This document shows positions 1 through 9,009 of a DNA stretch of 64,000 bases, one piece after another. Made by a program: the position numbers and the translations under genes. This DNA comes from Verrucomicrobiota bacterium (GTDB lineage: Bacteria > Verrucomicrobiota > Verrucomicrobiia > Limisphaerales > AAA164-E04), in contig CP170459.1 in the NCBI GenBank assembly GCA_047947115.1, forward strand, positions 352,001-416,000, read 5' to 3'. The notes beneath the pieces were generated by a model. It made no database searches. It saw only the letters and a list, made by a program, of their open reading frames with translations, and was not told the origin of the DNA. Position 1 is the stretch's first letter; every line of letters begins with the position of its first letter.

Positions 1-424
1 GCAGAATCCCTGCTTGAAGAAAAATCCAACGGATTCCATGGGATGTTTTATGTTTATCACTCCAAGGACGACCGCGCTGATCAATCCCTACAGATCCTTA
101 AAGTTTCGATCCATTTTATTTAAAACTGCTATGCCTTATCGGTATAAATACATTTTTTTGATAAGTTGCACCTAATAAATGTTGTGTTTTTACATTTTTG
201 CAAGCTGAATCACAAAACATCAATTTTCTACTATTCCAAAATAGGCAGCTTCTTGGGTTAGGGTTTTTTTATCTTGTGGGAGGAAATACCGCTGGCTTTT
301 AGGCCACAGACTTGAACTGTTTTGATCAACTAAATCCGTAATGCTTTTTTAAATTAAGAATTGAAAAACTTTCTTTTGATAATATTTTTGTTGTGCAGTT
401 AATTCAAAAGCTTTATTTGATGTT

Positions 425-1819
425 TTACTGTTTGTATATCTTATTGAAAGTATTTATATCTCTTAATATAACTTTTTTGTGTAAATAATTTTCGTTTAGT
501 ATACTCATGATCACTAAATTGTTTAGTATACTTTTTAGTTTTGTGATGTTTAGATCATTCGGGCAATTAAAGATACATCCTATATTGTTGGCGTATGAGA
601 TAAAGAAAAAAAGAAAGAAGAGATGTGCATATGTGTAGTTAAAAGTTATTCTCCCGTTGACTGTCAGAGTCCCTCGTGCGTATTGCTTGGCAAAAAGTAA
701 CAAAAGCATTTCAGAACTGAGAGACACATGATATACCTGATTACATGATTCACTTACTTCAAATAATTCTTGAAACAAACCAATTTTTAAGTTTAATTTT
801 AAATCAAAAATGTCAACGCTTAAAAGAAAGTTTTTTTCTCGTTTCACTAATCCAATCAATTTGTTTTTCTTTTTAAGTAAAGTATGAAAATTTTTGTATT
901 CCGCCTTTAGACAGTCAATAGTAACGCTTTGAGTATCTACTTTCAGTTTTGCAAATTTTTTTTTGTTTTTCCAGTATTTTAAGGCTTTTAAATTGTTTAT
1001 ATTAAGTTTGTTCTGTAAGTTTTCTGAAATATTTATTATTTGGTTAGGTTGTGGAATTATTAGTTTAGATTCATAGTCTTTATATTTAAAATAAATATGT
1101 TGTAACCAGTCATATTGATTCCAGTGTGCATTTTCTTTATGACAAAAATAAATAAAACTAGCAAATGGAATAATATATTTAGGTTGCAATTTTGAAATAG
1201 CATAGTCATTTTTTTTGTCCCATATCTTTTGTTGAAAAGTTGGAGTTTTCTTGTCATCTATATTACCAGCCCAGTTCGCATAACTATATTGGAACATCAT
1301 TGTATCGACTTGCCTGCAACGCAAACATGGTAGTATTTCGTTTTCGATATGGTTGTTTAGATCAACTCTAGCGTCGTTTATGTTTAACAAAATAGATTTA
1401 TCTGGATACTCCACCACCAAAACACTGTCAAATCCATCACAAATTATGTTGGTTATTTTAAGATCTTTGAATTGATATTCCACTTTATTCTCTAATTCAA
1501 TCACTTTGTGCTTTTTATCTTCTAAGTAGCATTTTAATTTCTTATCCAGAGTTTTTTGAAACAAAAACGTTGTTTTTTTTGTCAAGCGGCTCAAAGTTGG
1601 TATAGAGAAGTGATCGGGATGCTCATGTGATATCCAAATGTAATCAAAATTTAGTTGGTTAATGTCATGGGAATTATCATGCAAAAGACTCCAACCGTTG
1701 TGAAAAGCCAGCCCATTAAACCAAGGATCGCATAGAATATTCGTGGTGTTAGTTGATATTATAAAGCTACTATGATTCAGAAATGTAATTGTTTTTCTGG
1801 AATTAATTGAATTATTCAT
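425..1819 (-). CDS. MBL-fold metallo-hydrolase, CMP-Neu5Ac hydroxylase (CMAH)/UlaG-like
   Basis: 464-aa ORF with FLNHSS, LCDPWF..AF..GW, metal-binding ISHEHPDH, NDA and IPFAS motifs; strongly AT-rich DNA. Confidence 0.75.
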   Translation of the reverse strand: MNNSINSRKTITFLNHSSFIISTNTTNILCDPWFNGLAFHNGWSLLHDNSHDINQLNFDYIWISHEHPDHFSIPTLSRLTKKTTFLFQKTLDKKLKCYLEDKKHKVIELENKVEYQFKDLKITNIICDGFDSVLVVEYPDKSILLNINDARVDLNNHIENEILPCLRCRQVDTMMFQYSYANWAGNIDDKKTPTFQQKIWDKKNDYAISKLQPKYIIPFASFIYFCHKENAHWNQYDWLQHIYFKYKDYESKLIIPQPNQIINISENLQNKLNINNLKALKYWKNKKKFAKLKVDTQSVTIDCLKAEYKNFHTLLKKKNKLIGLVKREKNFLLSVDIFDLKLNLKIGLFQELFEVSESCNQVYHVSLSSEMLLLLFAKQYARGTLTVNGRITFNYTYAHLFFLFFFISYANNIGCIFNCPNDLNITKLKSILNNLVIMSILNENYLHKKVILRDINTFNKIYKQ

Positions 1820-1987
1820 TAATTTTTCGGATTATGAAGACTTTATTTTGAAATAGATAGTCTTTTACTAGTAAAACTTTATTTATTAATCAATCGCTTA
1901 GTGATTGTTGTTTTAATTATGTAAATTAAACTTATTGTCTATAAGCTTTTTTCAATTAGACTTTATACAATTTATGCGGACGCTATG

Positions 1988-2173
1988 TTATCTACTCGAA
2001 TCATACGACATTGCGGCACCATTTTCATTCTGAGGGATATAATAATCCTGTGTTACGACTTTATTTGTAGGTTTATCATCACCGGCCCATGGAACAAAAT
2101 AGACAAACAAGCTGACGAGCAAAACTAAACCGGTCTTGATCATTATATATCTGCCAAATGTTAAACTTTTCAA
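1988..2173 (-). CDS. Small hypothetical membrane protein
   Basis: 61-aa ORF with one hydrophobic segment (TGLVLLVSLFVYFVPW); no recognisable motif. Confidence 0.25.
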   Translation of the reverse strand: MKSLTFGRYIMIKTGLVLLVSLFVYFVPWAGDDKPTNKVVTQDYYIPQNENGAAMSYDSSR

Positions 2174-2312
2174 AGTAAGTAGAGTAAATTCGCGCGGAAC
2201 ACAAAATTCAATTTAATCCAGAATTCCTCCCGTCATTATTTACGTTTGCATTACATAATTAAACAACTATTAGTTAATTGTTCATTCAAATACATCGTAA
2301 TAATCATCGCCG

Positions 2313-3215
2313 TCAAACATCGTGATCAGGCACCAACTCATAGAACACCTTGGCATCAGCCTTCTTGGTCAAAGCCCTGTAATGTTTAAACAGAACAGAA
2401 TCCTGTGTATGCCCCAGCATGGATGCAGTCTTGGCAGAATCCTCATGGAAAGCAAAATGGTAACTGCCAGCACTGTGACGAAGAGCATTATGAGGCCATT
2501 CCTTGATTCCTGCCAACTCTCTCAACTTGTCAAAACGCTCCCGGAACTGAGGTGGCCTGATACTACCTGTTCTGTTCTGGCACCGCATCAACCATAGCAT
2601 GGCATTGTCAGGAATATCCACATTGCGGATGGATCTCGCCTTGGCAATCTTGGCACTAATGGTGACATGCTTTGATTCCAGATCCACAGCAGACCAATCC
2701 AGTCTCTCCAGTTCTGCGGATCTGATGCCACAATACATTCCAAGAGCCACATAACCGAGTAGACCCAAGTCATGCTCTGTTCGGAAGGCGGCACTTAATA
2801 TATTTTCACACTGAACCAAGGACAGCACACCGGGAACGCTATCATCAGGACACGGTTTGGAAATGGCTTTCATCGGATTCTCTGCCCTGTATCCATTGTT
2901 CACGGCAAATTCAAAGAAGGTGTGGAGTATCCGATAGTAATTCTGCCGGGTCTGCAGTGACCACTTATTGCCATGCAACCATGATTCAACCTCGTTTGTG
3001 ACCACATCCTTTACCAACAGTTCACCAAACTGAGTACTGAACTTGCCAAGTCTGGCATTTAGATCCTCCATTGATCGTTGACGCAAGGGTCTACCACGTT
3101 TGACACCCAATCCAGCCTTGCGTGCCTCAAGAAACTTCTCTGCCAGATCTGTTACCAGCATATCTCCACTGGCAGGTTGGTTATGCTTTAAATAAAATTC
3201 AGCACAATCCACCAA
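2313..3215 (-). CDS. Tyrosine recombinase/integrase, probably N-terminally truncated
   Basis: Catalytic residues: GIRSAEL (R), HNALRHS (HxxR), LGHT, HYR (Y); the frame stays open upstream to a TAA at 3300-3302; lies next to tRNA-Tyr. Confidence 0.88.
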   Translation of the reverse strand: MVDCAEFYLKHNQPASGDMLVTDLAEKFLEARKAGLGVKRGRPLRQRSMEDLNARLGKFSTQFGELLVKDVVTNEVESWLHGNKWSLQTRQNYYRILHTFFEFAVNNGYRAENPMKAISKPCPDDSVPGVLSLVQCENILSAAFRTEHDLGLLGYVALGMYCGIRSAELERLDWSAVDLESKHVTISAKIAKARSIRNVDIPDNAMLWLMRCQNRTGSIRPPQFRERFDKLRELAGIKEWPHNALRHSAGSYHFAFHEDSAKTASMLGHTQDSVLFKHYRALTKKADAKVFYELVPDHDV

Positions 3216-3619
3216 GGATATGTTGCAGGATTTGAGCAGATCTATGGCTTTTCTAGCATCTAGGCGTTCCTCTGAATCGAGAATGTTTGCCAGTTTCCAT
3301 TAAAATGTGCCCAGATTCCACCTATTGTGGCTTATCTCAGATAGCATTTTCTTTTGCATCATGGTGAAGGCGGCTAACAAGCTGGTTGCAAGCATCATAC
3401 GCAAATCATTCGAACAAATTGGACACACCCAAAAGTAACCATATTTGCAGGAATGGCAGGACATTTCTTGGTTCATACGGGCCTGAATCTCCGCACAGTT
3501 TCCGCACAAATTTTTGCTCATTTTGACGTCTACCTTGGTCATCAGCCCAAAATCGAATTTTGTTGAAGCAAGCTCATAAATCCGGCTATGATATTGTCGT
3601 TATGGAGAATACGCAAAAT

Positions 3620-3704
3620 GGTAGGATACCCAAGTGGCCAACGGGGGCAGACTGTAAATCTGCTGGCTTTGCCTTCACAGGTTCGAATCCTGTTCCTACC
3701 ACCA
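3620..3704 (+). tRNA. tRNA-Tyr (GTA)
   Basis: Acceptor stem GGTAGGA/TCCTACC, anticodon arm GCAGA-CTGTAAA-TCTGC, long variable arm, GGTTCGAATCC T-loop, encoded CCA. Confidence 0.97.
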
Positions 3705-3990
3705 TCCTTTTTTGGATCTACACCGGGGCTACACCAAAGTTTGGGGATATCCTCTTTTCATTTTTAGAATTTGTTATGTCATCCGCAATGAGAGATGACC
3801 CTCAGACAGTAGTTTTCAAAGTTTCTAAATCGGGAATGATTAAGACCTCCCGCTTCCTTTGCAGCTTTCGCACAGTGAACCTCTCGTAAATGGAGCGTAT
3901 TACGTGTTTCCAAAAACTAAGCCCAAGCTAAACCTTGAGCTTTTCCAATATTCATGCCACTTTTGAGTAATTGCTTTAGAAATTGGACAC

Positions 3991-5943
3991 ATGAAGACAA
4001 CAGCTCTTTCAAATCACATCACCTTGCAAATATGGACATTACTGGTAGCGCTATACGGCGTGAACAATGTCCTGGCTCAAACTACGGAAACATTGAATAT
4101 TGCCCCTACCGGCAATACCGTTGAACTTGAAATGGTTACCAGTTCAAACGACCAATATGTCCTGGAAACCCAGGCCCAATTGATGGAGGGGGAAGAATGG
4201 GAGCCGGTGATGTTCTTTAAGGGAACGCCCTCGAAACCCAGGACCTTTACGGACCCCATCTGTGGCACTTCCGACGCCCGTTTCTTCAGGTTGAAGAAAC
4301 GATTGGCAGCTCCGCCACGCCAGGCCAGCAATTTCCGCCTCCTTGATCTGCAGGGACAGGCACACGAATTGTATTACCATTGGGACGCCAAGGGAATCGT
4401 CCTTTTACTGGCTGGAGATCAACCGGAATTCATCGAAACCTGGGCTCCCGACCTTGCCGAAATCAGTGCCAATTATGATCCGGATTCTCTCCATATTTGG
4501 AATGTGCTGCTTTCGGATGAAAACGACCGTGAAAGCCTCCTCGAAAGGTTCGGCTCGAATTCCCTCACCCTGCCCATATTGCAGGATCTCACCCAGGCTG
4601 TCACCCGAACCCTTTCATCCGGTGAAGTCCCCGAAGCCATCCTGGTGAATACGAGGGATTGGTCGATCGCTTATCGGGGACCAGTGACATTGAATGTGGA
4701 TACAGGAAAATCTGTTACCAATTGGGCACCGCTGACAGAGGCCATTGAAGCTCTCATGGCTGGATCAGAGCCCGAAGTAACCCAGCTCCGCCCCTTTGGC
4801 GTGGCCAACGGCGTGGACGCTCTTCCGGAAACCACCTACAGTGCACACATCGCCCCCATGCTGCAGCAACACTGCTTTCCCTGTCATACACCGGGAGACA
4901 TCGCCCCGTGGGCAATGACCAGTTATGATGTCATTCAGGAATTCTCGGGTCTCATCAAGTCCGCCGTATTGGCAGGTGAAATGCCGCCCTGGCACGCCGA
5001 TCCCAAATACAGTGCTTTCAGCAACACCAAATCCATGAGCGATGAAGAAATCGCCACCTTGGTCGACTGGATCGATCGTGGCGCCCCCCGGGGCGATGGG
5101 GGAGATCCTTTGGCCGAAACCGAAACTCCCGAACCGGTCGACTGGCCGCTGGGCAAACCGGATCATGTGGTATCGATCCCTCTTCAAAGCATCCCCGCGC
5201 AGGGATCCGTGGATTACAAATACTTCTTCTCTGAAAGTCCATTCGACTCGGATGTCTGGCTCAAAGCTGCGGCAGTCAAACCAGGCGACAGATCCGTCGT
5301 TCATCACTGCCTCGTTTTCAAAGGAACCATGTCTGAACTGATTGCCCTGAGAGGCGGTTTGGCAGGTTTTTTTGCAGGATACGTTCCCGGCATGGAACAG
5401 GTTCCCTTTCCGGAAGGCACCGGAAAGAAGCTCAGAAAAAACGACCTGATCGTTTTCCAAATGCACTACACCACCAATGGCAAGGCAGCAACGGATCAAA
5501 CCCAGCTGGGTTTCTACCTGGCAGACGAGCCACCCCGTCGTGAAATCGTCACCAGCGCTGCGTATGACGTGAACTTTCGTATCCCCCCCAACTCGCGCGA
5601 TGTCCGTGTGCAGGCGACCCAACGCTTCGACAGGGCTTCGACGATCTACGAATTCAGCCCCCACATGCACTATCGCGGAGCGGCGGCAAAGTTCACCTTG
5701 AAGTATCCCGACGGCTCACAAGAAGTGGTCCTCAGCGTGCCGGCTTATTTCTTCGACTGGCAGGCCCTGTATCGACTCGAAGCCCCCAAACAGGTTCCGG
5801 CTGGAACCGTCATGATTTGTGAAGGTTGGTTCGACAACACCGCTCAAAACAGATTCAACCCCGACCCCAATGACACCGTCAGCTTCGGCGAACAATCCTG
5901 GGAAGAAATGTTCATCGGTTATTTCAACTATGCCGAAAACTGA
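3991..5943 (+). CDS. Secreted redoxin-like + cytochrome c + copper type II (PHM/DBH-like) monooxygenase fusion protein
   Basis: Signal peptide; redoxin-like region (FRLLDLQG...IAYRG); heme motif CFPCH with MPPW; copper ligands VHHC, QMHY, PHMH, EEM. Confidence 0.8.
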   Translation: MKTTALSNHITLQIWTLLVALYGVNNVLAQTTETLNIAPTGNTVELEMVTSSNDQYVLETQAQLMEGEEWEPVMFFKGTPSKPRTFTDPICGTSDARFFRLKKRLAAPPRQASNFRLLDLQGQAHELYYHWDAKGIVLLLAGDQPEFIETWAPDLAEISANYDPDSLHIWNVLLSDENDRESLLERFGSNSLTLPILQDLTQAVTRTLSSGEVPEAILVNTRDWSIAYRGPVTLNVDTGKSVTNWAPLTEAIEALMAGSEPEVTQLRPFGVANGVDALPETTYSAHIAPMLQQHCFPCHTPGDIAPWAMTSYDVIQEFSGLIKSAVLAGEMPPWHADPKYSAFSNTKSMSDEEIATLVDWIDRGAPRGDGGDPLAETETPEPVDWPLGKPDHVVSIPLQSIPAQGSVDYKYFFSESPFDSDVWLKAAAVKPGDRSVVHHCLVFKGTMSELIALRGGLAGFFAGYVPGMEQVPFPEGTGKKLRKNDLIVFQMHYTTNGKAATDQTQLGFYLADEPPRREIVTSAAYDVNFRIPPNSRDVRVQATQRFDRASTIYEFSPHMHYRGAAAKFTLKYPDGSQEVVLSVPAYFFDWQALYRLEAPKQVPAGTVMICEGWFDNTAQNRFNPDPNDTVSFGEQSWEEMFIGYFNYAEN

Positions 5944-5990
5944 CCTCGGAGATCGCCCCCAAACAGTCACACTGATTTAACTCACATCTC

Positions 5991-7841
5991 ATGAGCAGCC
6001 AGCCACCACAAAACGATTTACCACCCGAAGTCCAAGACGATGCCATCATCGGCAAAGCTTTCAAAGGCTCGGCCTTCGTATTGGCTGGAATCATCGTCAT
6101 CGCCTTGGGAATCTACGCATGGAAAAATCGCACCCCCGAAAAACCAGAGGAAAAGGTAACGGAAATATCCGTCCCCGAAGTTCAGGACCGGCAGCCGGCC
6201 AGTGTTCCGATGGTTTCCTTTACTAACATCACCGAAGAAGCCGGCATCGGTTTTCGGCATATCAACGGTGCCTATGGCGACAAACTGCTTCCGGAAACCA
6301 TGGGGGGTGGCGTGGCATTTCTGGATTACAATCAGGACGGCGCTCAGGATCTTTTCTTTGTTAACTCGCGCTATTGGGAAGGGCATGTTCCCGAGGGACA
6401 ATCTCAACCCACCCACGCGCTCTACGAAAACGACGGAACGGGTCATTTCAAAAATGTGACCGAAGCTGCCGGATTGAATATTGTTGATTATGGCATGGGG
6501 GTGGCGGTGGGTGATTTCGATAATGACGGATGGCCTGACTTATTCATCTCAACTGTATTCCACAACCGCTTGCTGCGTAACACAGGTGACGGAACGTTTG
6601 AAGATGTTACGCAGAAAGCCGGACTACAGGGAGACGAGACCACCTGGAGCACTTGTGCCGCGTGGTTTGATCAGGACAACGACGGAGACCTGGATCTGTA
6701 TGTGGGCAACTACGTCAAATGGTCCCCTGAAATCGATTTCGAACAGGGCGCAACACTCACCGGCCTGGGACGCGCCTACGGTCAACCCATGAACTTCCAG
6801 GGCGCATTCCCCTACCTGTACCGCAACGAAGGAAACGGCACGTTCACAGATATATCAGAAACAGCAGGCGTTCAGATAAAGAACACCGCCACACAAGTTG
6901 CGGTGGCGAAATCACTGGGTGTTGCTCCGGTGGATCTCGATTTTGATGGATGGATCGATCTGGTGGTGGCCAATGACACGGTTCAAAACTTTGTTTTCCA
7001 AAACCAAAAAGACGGCACATTCAAAGAAATCGGTTCCATGAGCGGCATTGCTTTTGACAGTTACGGCAAGGCACGCGGAGCCATGGGTATCGATACCGCC
7101 CGTTTTCGTGAGGACGACGCCATGGGAATCGGCATCGCGAACTTTGCCAACGAAATGACCGCACTCTACGTCGGCAAAGCGGACAATCTCATCTTCACCG
7201 ATGAAGCCGTTCCCGCAGGAATCGGACCGGCCAGTCGATTGGCTCTGAAGTTTGGTTTGTTCTTTTTCGATTATGACCTGGACGGCTGGCAGGATATGTT
7301 GACTGCAAATGGCCATCTCGAGGAAGACATTCAGCAAATCCAGGAAAGCCAGCATTACGAACAAGCGGCCCACCTGTTCTGGAATGCCGGTCCCGAACAT
7401 GGTTGCAGGTTCCTTGAAGTATCCAAAGCAAAAGCAGGCAGCGACTTTTTCTCCCCCATCGTGGGACGCGGTTCGGCATTTGCGGATATTGATGGCGATG
7501 GAGATCTGGACGTCATGATGGCACAGGTCAACGCCCCCCCCAAGTTATTGCGCAACGACCACCAACTGGGTCATCGATGGATTCGCCTCAACCTCGTCGG
7601 CAAGAAAAACAACCGGGACGCTATTGGCGCATGGGTGCACGGCCGCGTGTCCGGCCACGATTTATGGAGACAAGTCATGCCAACGCGCAGCTATTTGTCA
7701 CAGTCAGAAAAGACCATCACTCTGGGATTGGGAACCAACGGCGAACTCGAATCTCTGGAAGTCATCTGGCCAGGAGGCGTCCACCAGAAAATCGGTTCAC
7801 TCGAGGTGAACAAGCTGCATGTCATCGAAGAAAAGCTATAG
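5991..7841 (+). CDS. CRTAC1-family FG-GAP/VCBS repeat protein with ASPIC/UnbV C-terminal domain
   Basis: ETMGGG, repeated D(Y/F)DNDGxxDL motifs, GRGSAFADIDGDGDLD, C-terminal SYLSQS..LGLG..VIWPGG; N-terminal TM helix. Confidence 0.9.
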   Translation: MSSQPPQNDLPPEVQDDAIIGKAFKGSAFVLAGIIVIALGIYAWKNRTPEKPEEKVTEISVPEVQDRQPASVPMVSFTNITEEAGIGFRHINGAYGDKLLPETMGGGVAFLDYNQDGAQDLFFVNSRYWEGHVPEGQSQPTHALYENDGTGHFKNVTEAAGLNIVDYGMGVAVGDFDNDGWPDLFISTVFHNRLLRNTGDGTFEDVTQKAGLQGDETTWSTCAAWFDQDNDGDLDLYVGNYVKWSPEIDFEQGATLTGLGRAYGQPMNFQGAFPYLYRNEGNGTFTDISETAGVQIKNTATQVAVAKSLGVAPVDLDFDGWIDLVVANDTVQNFVFQNQKDGTFKEIGSMSGIAFDSYGKARGAMGIDTARFREDDAMGIGIANFANEMTALYVGKADNLIFTDEAVPAGIGPASRLALKFGLFFFDYDLDGWQDMLTANGHLEEDIQQIQESQHYEQAAHLFWNAGPEHGCRFLEVSKAKAGSDFFSPIVGRGSAFADIDGDGDLDVMMAQVNAPPKLLRNDHQLGHRWIRLNLVGKKNNRDAIGAWVHGRVSGHDLWRQVMPTRSYLSQSEKTITLGLGTNGELESLEVIWPGGVHQKIGSLEVNKLHVIEEKL

Positions 7842-7848
7842 AGCTGGA

Positions 7849-8991
7849 TCATGTCCTGGGACCATGGGTAAGCGGTGTGGCCGGAGTCGTTGAAGGCCTG
7901 CGGCCCTGAAGTTCGGCCAAGCGGCAGGTGTTCAGCCTGGGAAGCACATACCTGGCGAACAAATCACACTCCTCCACGTGCGGATACCCGGATAGAACGA
8001 ACGCACGAAAGCCCATTTCCATATACCTTTCCAACTTTCGAAGCACTTGATCAGGATCGCCCACAATAGCCGAACCGCACCCTGAGCGTGCTCGCCCGAT
8101 ACCGGTCCAAATTTCAGGTTCAACGTAACCTTCCTCGTCGGCAAGTCCTCGCAAATGATCCTGAACAATTACCCCGGCGGATCGTGAATCCTGTGCGCGA
8201 TGCTTGATCTCCGAACCTTTGCCCGATTCCAACCGCGACACCAAACGCCTAGCCGCCGCCCGCGCTTCCGCTTCTGTCTCACGCACGATCACGTGGATCC
8301 TCAATCCATAATCCAATTTGCGTCCATGCTTTGTGGCTCGTTCTGCAATATCATTCCTGACCTGTTCCAATCGTTGCTCAACATCCGGCCACAACAAATA
8401 AACATCGCAAAACCGGGCACACAATTCCCGCGCTGCTTCGGAGTAACCGCCGAAGTAAAGTAATGGACCGCCATTCTGCTGGTATGGTTTGATCGGTTCG
8501 CAAGAAAGCTGGATTTGATAAAACTCACCTTCGAAATCAATCGCATCCTGTGTCCATGCCTGTTGCAGGATCTGGATCACCTCGGCGGACCGGCGGTACC
8601 GGCTTTCCGAATCGAGCTTTGTTCCCGGCAAATCGGATGAAATGATATTCAATGTCAATCGCCCTTCCAGCATATGGTCCAATGTACTGACTGCACGCGC
8701 AAGCATGGGTGGATGCACCTCACCACACCTGATGGCTGCGAGCAAGTGGATCTGGCGTGTTTGTTCGGCCATGGCTGCAGCAAAAGTGAGTGTGTCCTGC
8801 CCCACCTGATAAGAGGATGGCAAAAGAATGTTCTGGTAACCGTTTAGATCAGCTCGCTGAACAATTGATTTACAATGAGCAAAGCTGCTTCGCAACCGGC
8901 CATCCGGCACGCCCAAATACTGATAATCATCCGAACACAGCGCACTGAACCATGCTACTTCCGCTTTTCGTTCTTCGGTTCGGATGTTCAT
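7849..8991 (-). CDS. LLM-class flavin-dependent oxidoreductase (SsuD-like monooxygenase)
   Basis: [56 protein letters not shown] motifs. Confidence 0.88.
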   Translation of the reverse strand: MNIRTEERKAEVAWFSALCSDDYQYLGVPDGRLRSSFAHCKSIVQRADLNGYQNILLPSSYQVGQDTLTFAAAMAEQTRQIHLLAAIRCGEVHPPMLARAVSTLDHMLEGRLTLNIISSDLPGTKLDSESRYRRSAEVIQILQQAWTQDAIDFEGEFYQIQLSCEPIKPYQQNGGPLLYFGGYSEAARELCARFCDVYLLWPDVEQRLEQVRNDIAERATKHGRKLDYGLRIHVIVRETEAEARAAARRLVSRLESGKGSEIKHRAQDSRSAGVIVQDHLRGLADEEGYVEPEIWTGIGRARSGCGSAIVGDPDQVLRKLERYMEMGFRAFVLSGYPHVEECDLFARYVLPRLNTCRLAELQGRRPSTTPATPLTHGPRT

Positions 8992-9009
8992 GATGCTTGG
9001 GCTCCACGG

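Noticed and set aside
1..123. Possible 3' end of a plus-strand CDS (AESLLEEK...IHFI*)
   Set aside because: Only 40 codons with no recognisable motif
3560..3889. 109-aa ORF
   Set aside because: Overlaps tRNA-Tyr; translation of RNA gene sequence
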